Assembly: GCA_963749915.1 (NCBI GenBank)
Contig: CAVVOP010000008.1
Span: 288,001-352,000 of the forward strand
Direction of reading: 5' to 3'
DNA: 64,000 bases
DNA from: an uncultured cyanobacterium
GTDB lineage: Bacteria; Cyanobacteriota; Cyanobacteriia; Cyanobacteriales; Cyanobacteriaceae
Below are positions 1 to 9,180 of the stretch, one piece after another (within the stretch, counting starts at the first letter, position 1; every line of letters begins with the position of its first letter). The notes under the pieces are model-generated. The model saw nothing but the letters and a program-made list of their open reading frames with translations. It was not told the origin of the DNA and did no database searches. The translations under genes were made by a program, and so were the position numbers.

Positions 1-1944
1 CCTGATAAAATAGAAGAGTGCGAGATTTTAGTGGTAGGTGCGGGGTTAGCAGGAACGGCTACTGCCTATGAAGCGTTATTAATGGGTAAAACTGTTTGTT
101 TAACGGATATTACTGACTGGGTTGGTGGACAGATTTCTTCTCAGGGGACATCAGCATTAGATGAACGTAGGACTCAAAGACAAGAGCTATTTTTCCCTCG
201 TGGTTATTTGGAGTTGAGAAGCAATATTGAGAAATTCTACGGAAAATTAAATCCGGGGCAGTGTTGGGTAAGTGATTCTTGTTTTTTGCCTAAAGATGCC
301 AATAAAATTCTCGAAAATCAGTTAAAAGACGCGGCTAAGCGGGGCAGGGGGAAATTAAAATGGTTTCCCAATACCATCATCAAGGATTTAAAAATTGAAA
401 CTGTCACTAATGATGGCACAGGTAAGCAAATTGTCGAGGCGATCGCCATTCAACATGAACCGCAACCGAATACACCTCCTTTAAATACTGAAACCCTATC
501 CCAGGTAATCGAAGATGCCTATAGTTATAAGGACTCCGCTAGATTTAAAAAACGAATTATCAAATTTACGTCACCGAAAAATCCCAAAACACAGGGTAAA
601 GCAAATTGGTTTGTAGTGGAGGCCACCGAAACAGGGGAATTAATCGGTTTAACAGATATACCCTATCTTTTGGGCATTGATCCTCGTTCTGAATTAGAAC
701 CATCATCATCAAGTGAAAAACAAGATCCCTATTGTCCTCAAGGTTTCACTTATACTTTTGCTATGGAACAAACTGCCGAACCTCAACCGCAATCTGAGCC
801 GAGTTTTTATAAACAATATGAGCCATATTATAGCTATGAGTTGGAAAGATTGGCCAATTTTGACCTAGTTTATACCTATCGCCGAATTTGGAAAGCCCAA
901 AATAGCGAAACTGAGACTTTTAATGGTGTCAGCTTCACTAAACCCACAACCGGAGATATTTCCATGCAAAACTGGACATGGGGTAATGATTACCGTCCAG
1001 GTACATCAAAAGACAACTTAATCTACACTAGGGAACAACTACAGAAAACCGGACAATTAACCCCCGGCGGTTGGATGGGAGGCTTACGAACTGAAACCTT
1101 ATATAAAGCAGAACAAAACGCTCTCGGCTTCTATTATTGGTTAGTAGCAGGAACAACAGACTCCCAATTAGGTGACGGAGTTAAAGAACCGAACCCCAAC
1201 CAAAAATTTTTAACTGGGTTGGACTCTCCTATGGGTACTGTACACGGATTATCTAAGTATCCTTATATGAGAGAAGGACGCAGAATCATTGGGCGTCCTA
1301 ATTATTCCCAACCGGATGGTTTTATGGTCAATGAAATTGATATATCTCGCCGAAACTATCGAGATGAGTATTACCGTCAAACTCTCTCACCAGATCAATA
1401 TCGCCGTTTACAAGCTTTATTAGCCGGTTTGGAAGGATTTTCCGTATTAAGTGGTGAAGTTGCCCCCGATGATGTCAAAAATCGCAGTAGATCGACTATT
1501 TACCCCGATTCTGTGGGCATAGGACATTATGCCATCGATTTTCACCCCTGTATGACAGAAAGTCCCCATGAAAAACCCGGAAATACCGAGAGAAAAGGGG
1601 AAAGACGGGGACAAGGTCAGGCTTACCCCTTCCAAATCCCGTTATCTGCCATGATTCCCCAAAAAATCGACAATATGCTGGTGGCAGGAAAAAGTATTGC
1701 TACCAGTCATATTGCGGCGGCGGCTTATCGAGTGCATTCTTTTGAATGGTCGTCGGGTGCGGCGGCGGGTACTACAGCGTCTTTAGCTTTACAAAAAGGG
1801 ATTTTACCCTATGAATTTACGGAAGGTTTTGCCTTTAAAAATAAAAATTTACAGGAATTAAAGGCGACCTTAGAGAAAAATAACAACCCCACTAAATTCC
1901 CTAATACATCTATCTTTAACGATAATTGGGACGATTGGCAATAA
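1..1944 (+). CDS. FAD-dependent oxidoreductase (5' truncated by window edge)
   Basis: Frame is open from base 1 (PDKIEECEILVVGAGLAG). Has a Rossmann GxGxxG motif, REGRRI and YAIDFH motifs, and a C-terminal PFQIPL..MIP..NMLVAGKSI segment typical of this cyanobacterial family. Confidence 0.8.
   Translation, partial: PDKIEECEILVVGAGLAGTATAYEALLMGKTVCLTDITDWVGGQISSQGTSALDERRTQRQELFFPRGYLELRSNIEKFYGKLNPGQCWVSDSCFLPKDANKILENQLKDAAKRGRGKLKWFPNTIIKDLKIETVTNDGTGKQIVEAIAIQHEPQPNTPPLNTETLSQVIEDAYSYKDSARFKKRIIKFTSPKNPKTQGKANWFVVEATETGELIGLTDIPYLLGIDPRSELEPSSSSEKQDPYCPQGFTYTFAMEQTAEPQPQSEPSFYKQYEPYYSYELERLANFDLVYTYRRIWKAQNSETETFNGVSFTKPTTGDISMQNWTWGNDYRPGTSKDNLIYTREQLQKTGQLTPGGWMGGLRTETLYKAEQNALGFYYWLVAGTTDSQLGDGVKEPNPNQKFLTGLDSPMGTVHGLSKYPYMREGRRIIGRPNYSQPDGFMVNEIDISRRNYRDEYYRQTLSPDQYRRLQALLAGLEGFSVLSGEVAPDDVKNRSRSTIYPDSVGIGHYAIDFHPCMTESPHEKPGNTERKGERRGQGQAYPFQIPLSAMIPQKIDNMLVAGKSIATSHIAAAAYRVHSFEWSSGAAAGTTASLALQKGILPYEFTEGFAFKNKNLQELKATLEKNNNPTKFPNTSIFNDNWDDWQ
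439..446. repeat. HIP1 octamer GCGATCGC (example copy; recurs many times across the window)
   Basis: GCGATCGC here and at many other places, e.g. near 8417, 10145, 14927, 23434, 31459, 37943, 43843 and 59102. Hallmark of cyanobacterial genomes. Confidence 0.9.
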
Positions 1945-2082
1945 CAATTAAGAATTAACAATTCACTATTGACAATGAAAAAAGGGAATAAATAGTTGAC
2001 AGTTGATAGTTAATTAATTTTCTTCTAGTCTCCTAGACTTCCCTCTCTCCTAGTCAACCTGTCTCTGTCTTATGCCTTTGTG

Positions 2083-2196
2083 TTACTTGGATTCACCAGT
2101 GAGTTTTAATAAGAGAAAACCCCATGCTAAACCAACTAAAACAACTGTAAAACAAAGAATTGCACCGTTAAATAACATACTTTCAGCAGTCATCAT
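2083..2196 (-). CDS. petM: Cytochrome b6f complex subunit PetM
   Basis: Manual translation, absent from the ORF track: [37 protein letters not shown]. Single TM helix with the MTAESML...GLAWGF..LKL pattern of cyanobacterial PetM; AAGGAA RBS upstream. Confidence 0.9.
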   Translation of the reverse strand: MMTAESMLFNGAILCFTVVLVGLAWGFLLLKLTGESK

Positions 2197-2556
2197 CTTA
2201 TTTCCTTAACTATTTATATTTTCTTATTAGTTTATCAGAATATCAACGATCGTCATCAAATGATTGAATTACCAGAGGAGAAGAGGAGGGCTAGTTGATT
2301 ATTTTGATAATTGTTAGAGTTTTATGCTACATAAATAGTACAAATAGATCAGATCTTCTCAAAAATCCGAAGTTATTTTTGGCAAGTCCTTATTCGACCT
2401 CCTATTTAATTGCACAGGTCGGAAATTTCTGGATTTAAATATTGGATTTGACTTCTACCTTTTATTTGAGACCTAAACATTAACGGTACATTGTTATAAT
2501 TTGGCATAATTTTTTCTCAACACTTTAAGATTCTTGTTCAATAACTGTCTTGATTT

Positions 2557-3509
2557 GGTTGTGCATCAAATAACTGTGGGATAGCTGATTAAGTCATTCC
2601 AACTCCATCTCTCTTCAGTCAATCCCGCCCTCTGCGCTGCTGTCGTTCCTAACCGACTATTTTCCCAAATCCAATTGAAATAGCTGACCACTAACCTTGC
2701 CGTTACTTTCGTTTGCTCCCAGACCTTGGCAAATTTATTTTGTTGCCGATGCCATCTTCCTGTCTGTTGCCGGAGAATTCCATTAGTCCTCTCCAGCCTT
2801 TGGTTTCCTTTTTTACTGATCTGGTGCTCTATCTCCTCTGTTAATACCCTTTGATAACCCCTTAAGCCATCAGTATTCCAGTTTTGGCATTGGGTTTTTC
2901 CTTCTGTGGTCACGAGCATCTCCTCCAGAAGTTGATCCTTTCGTTTTCCTACACGAGCTGCCAGAATCAAGCCACTATCTTGAGCTAAACTAATTCCTAT
3001 CCAGCAATCCCCGGCTATTATTTCGTCTGGTTCGCATTGGCACTGTTTTGTCTTGGTGCGCGTTCCCTTGCGTCTTACGCCGACGCGGGGTCGCACCGCT
3101 TTTCGACAAATGACCACATTTCATCAGCGCTTACTTGTTCTGTTTCCACTTGTTGAACCTCAGCATTATGTATCATTTGAGCTTTTTGGCTAGCATCCCT
3201 AATCAAAGAAACTACGGTGCCGTAAGCCCTGCCACTGATTCGACTCACTCCTCTCAGGCTACTGCCTTCAGCATGAGATTGAAGAATGGTATGAACTTCG
3301 GCCGGATTGAGATGGCGGTTATAGTAAAGAGTCTCAAAATGTTCAGGAAAAGTTTTACCACAATGAGGACATTTATAACCCTGGTGTCCTTTCTCAGTTT
3401 TGCCATGTTTGTAAGCTTTATGGTGACCGCAGAGAAGACATTTCATAGAAATAAATAGAATACTACTTTTCTATCATACTCTCATCCCACAGATTTTTGT
3501 TTCACGACC
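2557..3509 (-). mobile_element. IS1-family insertion sequence (InsA 3075..3446 + InsB 2566..3117, -1 frameshift arrangement)
   Basis: InsA-like CxxC...CxxC zinc ribbon/HTH and InsB-like DDE ORF in overlapping frames. 26-bp imperfect terminal IRs GGTTGTGCATCAAATAACTGTGGGAT / GGTCGTGAAACAAAAATCTGTGGGAT. No clear TSD. Confidence 0.88.
3052..3099. repeat. ~48-bp GC-rich hairpin element inserted at the IS1 InsA/InsB junction
   Basis: CTTGGTGCGCGTTCCCTTGCGTCTTACGCCGACGCGGGGTCGCACCGC, with nested inverted repeats GGTGCG/CGCACC and GCGTC/GACGC. Sharply more GC-rich than the surrounding IS. Confidence 0.6.
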
Positions 3510-3634
3510 TTTATTTTGCCTCAGGGCAAACGCACACAAAACTTAACAAATTAGTAAAATAGCCCCAGCACCATCTACCTTAAAATAGGGTTGAGGTTTC
3601 GATACTTTAACTCCCTTGTCATGTTGTTAAAGCT

Positions 3635-5296
3635 ATGCTTCCAGACGATCTAGAATTATCCCTCTGTTCTGATTTGAGAACTTTGCAGCTGATTACAAAA
3701 AGTCTATTTGAGTTATATTTAAACAACTGCTACCAAGGCCGAGATCAATTATTGGCCTCAAAGGCTAAAAGAAGTTTATTCTATCTGCGCAAAACTGGCT
3801 CTCAAGAGTTTAGGGATGCCCTTTGTCAACAGTGGCAATGGTTTGGCGAAAAATCATATCAAACTGAATCTCGCTTTTTATTACATTACCTGTTTGGACA
3901 AAGAGATGAGATCACTCGTTTAGTACCTTGTTCTCAAAAAATAATAGCTTATGTTAAGACAGGTAATTTTGGGAATACGAAGGTAAGAGCCAAGGAATTT
4001 TTGTTAAATTTTCAGCAGTTAGTTCCCGGATTTAAATTTAGCGGCTATACCCATCACTCGAAAATCTGGAATCATTGTCGACTAGGTTGGGGCATAACCT
4101 CTAGTGCTGAATTTGAACAACTCTATTTTCAGGAATTAAACAGATGTCCTAGTCAAATTTCCCGTCGAGTTTATCTAGTTACGGGGAAAAAATATTATGA
4201 TGCACCGTCCCAAAAACAACCCCATCAACAAGAAGAACGGCAACAACAATTAACTATCATTGAGAAACTAGGAAGGCAACGAGAGGATTATCTGAGAAAT
4301 TCAGCCCAGGAAAAAATTTTGGCTTATCTCCATGACCAACCGAATTCCCTGACCCTAATGCTGAAAAAACATGGCTCGGAACTTTGGGACTTTAGCTTGA
4401 CTTTGCCAATGGAAAAACGCGAAAGTGTTCAGAGAACATTAACTTGGCTACTGGAAAATCCAGATATCCCGGTTCACTATGGAGCGGGAGAAAATACCTT
4501 AAGGCTAACTCCTCTAGGTATTTCCGTGGTTCAATTACCTCGCCAAATGCGCAAACATCTGATGCAAGGAAATTTGGAAGGAGATCTATCGGCTTGTCAG
4601 TTAGCATTGATGGCGGTAATTTGGGATATCCCCCCATTGAAATGGCGATTAGAATCAGAGGAAAATATTTGGCATTATTTAACCGAAGAAATCGGCCTAA
4701 AAAAATCACTGTTAAAGTTATTAATCTACGGTTTTAGTTATGGTGCCGCTTATTACTTAAAACGGACACCTTATCATGACGGAGATGGACTCTTAGGCAT
4801 CGTCGAAAGTTGGTTAGCAGAGCATCAACTTCCCATCGTAACGGAAGAAGTGACCAGGATTCTAAAAACTTTCCGCAGTTCTCCTGTGATCAAAGAACTA
4901 GTCAAAGCTAGGCGCAAGCATATGGTCCAATTGAAACAGAATCAAGGTTTTATTGACCCTTACGGGACTCATTGGCCGATGACCATCAATAGTAACGGCA
5001 AATCCAACGCTTATAAGTTATTAAGTATTGAAATGCAAGCCTGGGAATTTTGGTTGATGGAATCGGTCTATGATGTTTTAATTAGGTGGTCACAAGAAAG
5101 GCCGTCACAGGTAATCACCATTATTCATCAACATGATGGCTTAACTCTAAAATTAGCACAAAAAAGAATCAAACAGGATTTAATTAGAGAGATTGAAGCA
5201 TCATTAACCAATCGGACCATGGCTTGTACTCAATTAGGACTCAAAAGCCCAATCCCTGCTAAATTTGAAGTGGAATGGTTAAAGCCACAAATATAA
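3635..5296 (+). CDS. Divergent family-A (PolA-fold) polymerase-like protein, no recognisable exonuclease domain
   Basis: Motifs occur in PolA order: TLRLT..VVQLP..MR (cf. TGRLS..LQNIP..IR), motif A DLSACQLALMA (D317), motif B KSLLKLLIYGFSYG, GFIDPYG, EMQA, motif C HQHDGL (D501). Confidence 0.62.
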   Translation: MLPDDLELSLCSDLRTLQLITKSLFELYLNNCYQGRDQLLASKAKRSLFYLRKTGSQEFRDALCQQWQWFGEKSYQTESRFLLHYLFGQRDEITRLVPCSQKIIAYVKTGNFGNTKVRAKEFLLNFQQLVPGFKFSGYTHHSKIWNHCRLGWGITSSAEFEQLYFQELNRCPSQISRRVYLVTGKKYYDAPSQKQPHQQEERQQQLTIIEKLGRQREDYLRNSAQEKILAYLHDQPNSLTLMLKKHGSELWDFSLTLPMEKRESVQRTLTWLLENPDIPVHYGAGENTLRLTPLGISVVQLPRQMRKHLMQGNLEGDLSACQLALMAVIWDIPPLKWRLESEENIWHYLTEEIGLKKSLLKLLIYGFSYGAAYYLKRTPYHDGDGLLGIVESWLAEHQLPIVTEEVTRILKTFRSSPVIKELVKARRKHMVQLKQNQGFIDPYGTHWPMTINSNGKSNAYKLLSIEMQAWEFWLMESVYDVLIRWSQERPSQVITIIHQHDGLTLKLAQKRIKQDLIREIEASLTNRTMACTQLGLKSPIPAKFEVEWLKPQI

Positions 5297-5300
5297 TAGA

Positions 5301-5337
5301 AATTCAGAATTCAGAATTCAGAATTCAGAATGCAGAA
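5301..5337 (+). repeat. Heptamer tandem repeat (AATTCAG)n, STRR-like
   Basis: aattcagaattcagaattcagaattcagaatgcagaa between the polymerase-like ORF and recD2. Confidence 0.85.
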
Positions 5338-5366
5338 AAAAATTGATGATGGTCTAAGAGAAATAA

Positions 5367-7673
5367 ATGTCCCAGAACAACTCCAATTATCAACGCTCGG
5401 AAACCCTTACCGGAGTAGTGGAAAGAATCACCTTTTCAGCTCAAGATACAGGTTATACCATCGCCCGGTTACAAGTAGTGGGGGAAAAAGAATTACTCAC
5501 CATCGTTGGCAACTTTGCCAATCTACAACCAGGGCAAACTCTCAAACTTTACGGCTACTGGAAAAATCACCCTAAATATGGTTTACAGTTTTCGGTCTTA
5601 AATTACGAAGAAACCAAACCTGCTAATATTACAGGGATAGAAAAATACCTGGGTAGTGGCTTAATTAAAGGAGTAGGTCCAGTTACCGCTAAACGCATCG
5701 TTAAACATTTTGGCTTAGCAACCCTGAATATTATTGAAGAAAATAGCGAACGGCTGATTGAAGTCGAAGGTATCGGCAAAAAAAGAGTCACCATGATTAA
5801 GCGGGCCTGGGCCACCCAAAAGGTGATTAAAGAAGTGATGATTTTCCTCCAAGGCCATGGAGTTTCCACCACCTACGCCGTTAAAATTTATAAACAATAT
5901 GGACCACAAGGGATCTCCATCGTCACCGATAATCCTTACCAACTAGCTGATGATATTTATGGCATTGGTTTCTTAACCGCTGACAAAATTGCGGTAAATG
6001 TGGGGATATCACCTTGGTCAAAATTCCGTTATCGGGCCGGTATCTTATATGCCTTGGCGGAGGCGGGAGATCAGGGGCATTGTTTTCTTCCCTTCCCCGA
6101 ATTGGTCGAAGCTGCCCGAAAAATCCTCACCAATGACCAGCATCAAGCGGAAACTCAGGCCATCGAAGCAGTCATCACCCAGATGCAAAAGGAAGCAGAT
6201 TTAGTCCTCGATCATCAGGATACATCAATACCGTTATGTTATAAACCGGCTTTTTATTACAGTGAAGAACATTTAGCCAAGTTACTCCACCAGAAAATCA
6301 GCTCTCCCGCCCCGATTCCCCAACAATGGTTAGCTAACTGGTTAAATCAATTTACCGCCCAACATCAGATTCAGTTATCACCGCAACAATACCAAGCCGT
6401 ATTGATGGCCGGGAGTAATCGGGTCATGATCTTAACCGGTGGCCCAGGATGCGGTAAAACTTTTGCGACCCGTACCATCGTGGCCTTATGGCAGGCCCTG
6501 GGGTTAAAGATCGCCTTAGCTGCACCCACTGGGAGGGCAGCGAAACGGTTAGCGGAAATGACTGGGGTGGAGGCGAAAACCATTCATCGTCTTTTAGAAT
6601 TCAATCGTACTACTTTAGAGTTTAATCGCAATCAAGATGATCCCCTTCCCTATCAAGCCATCTGCATTGATGAGGCTTCGATGTTGGATTTATTCTTAGC
6701 CTATTCCTTGGTGAAAGCCATCCCCCCGGATTGTTATCTCTTACTGGTGGGGGATGTAGAGCAATTACCCAGTGTGGGCCCCGGAAATGTGCTCCAAGAT
6801 TTAATCGATTGCCAACAAATCCCGGTGGTGCGTTTAACCCAAATATTTCGACAGGCGGCAGCCAGTGGGATTATTCGCTCGGCCCATGCCATCAATCAAG
6901 GGCAATATCCCCCCTTGGAAAAGATCTCAGCTCAACCCCAAAGCGATTGTTTATGGCACAATGGCGGGACTGAACCAGAACATGGTTTACAATTAATCTC
7001 GGAGTTGATTACTGATTTTCTACCCCATCTGGGTGTTGACGTGCAGACTGATTTACAGGTGTTATCGCCGATGACGAGGGGATTAGTGGGGACGAGAAAT
7101 CTTAATCAAGTAATACAAGGTATTATTAATCCCCCGCAAAACGGCAAGGTTGAGTGGAAAAGGGGCGGTGGTATTTTGCGCGAAGGGGACCGGGTTATTC
7201 AACAGAAAAACGATTATGATAAGGAGGTGTTTAATGGTGATTTAGGGGTAATTAGGCGGATCAATACCGTGGAACAAGAGGTGCTGATTGAGTTTGATGG
7301 TCGGAAAATTGTCTATGATTATGGGGATTTGAATGAGATTAGTTTGGCTTATGCGGTGACAATTCATAAGTCTCAAGGTTCGGAATATCCTGTGGTGATT
7401 TTACCTTTATATATGCAGCATTATTTAATGCTATCGCGGAATTTGTTTTATACAGGATTAACTAGGGCGAAAAAACTAGCTATTATTATTGGCCAGGAAA
7501 AACCCATTAGTGTTGCGGTCAAACAGGTAAAAGATCGCTTGAGATATACTAAATTGAAAGAAAGATTGGTTAGTTTTGTCAAACAAGAGAAATATTCTCC
7601 TTTTTCTTCTGTTAATAAAATTGGCCAAAAAGTTGCTGAGAATAAGGCAAATTGGGACGAGAATATTAAATAA
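5367..7673 (+). CDS. recD2: ATP-dependent RecD-like DNA helicase (RecD2, SF1B)
   Basis: N-terminal OB-like region and HhH (YLGSGLIKGVGP, VEGIG), Walker A GGPGCGKT, APTGRAA, Walker B IDEASM, GD..QLPSVGPG, FRQ, TIHKSQGSE and YTGLTRAK motifs. Confidence 0.95.
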   Translation: MSQNNSNYQRSETLTGVVERITFSAQDTGYTIARLQVVGEKELLTIVGNFANLQPGQTLKLYGYWKNHPKYGLQFSVLNYEETKPANITGIEKYLGSGLIKGVGPVTAKRIVKHFGLATLNIIEENSERLIEVEGIGKKRVTMIKRAWATQKVIKEVMIFLQGHGVSTTYAVKIYKQYGPQGISIVTDNPYQLADDIYGIGFLTADKIAVNVGISPWSKFRYRAGILYALAEAGDQGHCFLPFPELVEAARKILTNDQHQAETQAIEAVITQMQKEADLVLDHQDTSIPLCYKPAFYYSEEHLAKLLHQKISSPAPIPQQWLANWLNQFTAQHQIQLSPQQYQAVLMAGSNRVMILTGGPGCGKTFATRTIVALWQALGLKIALAAPTGRAAKRLAEMTGVEAKTIHRLLEFNRTTLEFNRNQDDPLPYQAICIDEASMLDLFLAYSLVKAIPPDCYLLLVGDVEQLPSVGPGNVLQDLIDCQQIPVVRLTQIFRQAAASGIIRSAHAINQGQYPPLEKISAQPQSDCLWHNGGTEPEHGLQLISELITDFLPHLGVDVQTDLQVLSPMTRGLVGTRNLNQVIQGIINPPQNGKVEWKRGGGILREGDRVIQQKNDYDKEVFNGDLGVIRRINTVEQEVLIEFDGRKIVYDYGDLNEISLAYAVTIHKSQGSEYPVVILPLYMQHYLMLSRNLFYTGLTRAKKLAIIIGQEKPISVAVKQVKDRLRYTKLKERLVSFVKQEKYSPFSSVNKIGQKVAENKANWDENIK

Positions 7674-7860
7674 CAGCCCTTAAATATTATATCCTCCTTT
7701 TTTGAAATCTCTGAACATTTCTTCTATTCCCATTCTCTTAGAATAAGCTGATATTGATGAGGATAGGGAAGAGGGGGAAGAAAAATCTAATACTTCCCAC
7801 ACTCCCCACACTCCTCATCTCATAAAGTTTGACCGCCTAACCGAGCAGTATTGTGTATCA

Positions 7861-7902
7861 CCTCCACCAGAATGCTATTGTAAAAAACCTACCCCTGTGA
7901 GG
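7861..7902 (+). mobile_element. Isolated IS4-like terminal fragment
   Basis: caccagaatgctattgtaaaaaacctacccctgtgagg matches the reverse complement of the end of the IS4-like remnant at 40037-40075. Confidence 0.55.
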
Positions 7903-8108
7903 GTGTCCAGTGCCAGAGCAGTGGGCGGATTGAACCAGCTAAAGAGCATTAGGACAGCGACCCACAGGCTCGGCATTAACCAGCGCAAAATCGGGTAGAT
8001 CATCTTAGACATCCGCTTTAAACTTGCCATTCGTTTGATAGAAGGTGTGCTGTCCTTTTGTAGGGCAGCTTTTTGATCTTGGTCGGCTCGACTTTGAGCT
8101 TAGGTGGC

Positions 8109-8219
8109 TACTGGTCTGCCAATTTTGAAATGAGGGATAAAACAATCCTCCAAAATCCAAAATCCAAAATCCAAAATTATCCGTTCCCAGTCCCTCAAAA
8201 CTATCTTGACAGACCACTA
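8109..8219. mobile_element. MITE family A, copy 1 (inverted orientation)
   Basis: TIRs TACTGGTCTGCCAA / TTGACAGACCACTA with internal (CCAAAAT)x4. Near-identical to the copies at 29256 and 39832. Confidence 0.85.
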
Positions 8220-8364
8220 CATTGAGACCGGACAATCCGCTTGATCTGCATTGTCAGCGAAACAGACTATTCCCTGCTCCCAATCACCAAGAACCAGATT
8301 GAAGTAACGACCACCATCATAAATGTTAGCATCGTGTAGGGTCAGATCTAGCGAAGCTGTCACC

Positions 8365-8593
8365 AGGGGCAATCTAGCTCAAAAATATTGATATGTAAGG
8401 GTTGCAGATCTATTTTGCGATCGCTCTTTATCTAAAATATTGCAGGTTGTGACTACTTCCTACAATATTAGGAATTTATCAAAAAGTCAATTAGCTGAAA
8501 ATGATATAGGACATAGATTATAGCGATTATCAACTAGAATCTATTTTTACCGTCTCAAACACTGAAAACCGCAAAATTTTCTACATTGCCCCT
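8365..8593. mobile_element. Putative MITE / non-coding IS derivative
   Basis: 13-bp imperfect terminal IRs AGGGGCAATCTAG ... CTACATTGCCCCT around non-coding AT-rich DNA. Confidence 0.5.
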
Positions 8594-8663
8594 CATGTCA
8601 CTCTCGCCAGTTTTACCCCTTGTTGCAAGAAGATCGCAGATTATTAACTATAATTTGAAAATT

Positions 8664-9035
8664 ATGCTTTTACTTTACGTACTTTTAGGATTAGTGGCTG
8701 GGTTTTTGAGCGGATTAATTGGTATTGGTGGAGGAGTAATTATTGTTCCTTCTTTAATCTTTTTGTTTGGGTTTTCCCAACACGAAGCTCAAGGTACAAC
8801 TTTAGGTTTATTAGTTCCACCTATTGGTATCCTTGCTGCTTGGACGTATTATCAACAAGGATATATGGATGTAAAAGTCGCTGTTTTTATCTGTTTAGGT
8901 TTTTTGTTAGGAGGTTTACTAGGGGCAAAACTAGCAACTAGTTTATCTAATGTTTTTTTAGAAAAGGTATTTGGAATCTCTTTACTGCTGATTGCTTTAA
9001 AAATGATTTTTTCTCAACCAACAACGGGAGGATGA
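8664..9035 (+). CDS. Sulfite exporter TauE/SafE (TSUP) family permease, short form
   Basis: GLVAGFLSGLIGIGGGVIIVP...F..SQHEAQGT motif and hydrophobic TM segments. ATG at 8664 preferred over the upstream TTG. Confidence 0.85.
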   Translation: MLLLYVLLGLVAGFLSGLIGIGGGVIIVPSLIFLFGFSQHEAQGTTLGLLVPPIGILAAWTYYQQGYMDVKVAVFICLGFLLGGLLGAKLATSLSNVFLEKVFGISLLLIALKMIFSQPTTGG

Positions 9036-9180
9036 ATCTTCATGGATCGAACTCTTTGGTATTATGTTTATGTATAAATAATTTACACAGAAAGGCGATC
9101 GCTACGGTCGAGGGCATCGCTTAATAAACCTCATCATGAGAACTTAAATTAAGCGGCAAAATAGTCTCTTAATTTTTTGT

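Noticed and set aside
3635..7673. No HIP1 site seen in the polymerase-recD2 cassette, as evidence of foreign origin
   Set aside because: HIP1 density in this window is only roughly one per 3 kb and core regions have equally long gaps, so absence over 4 kb is not significant.
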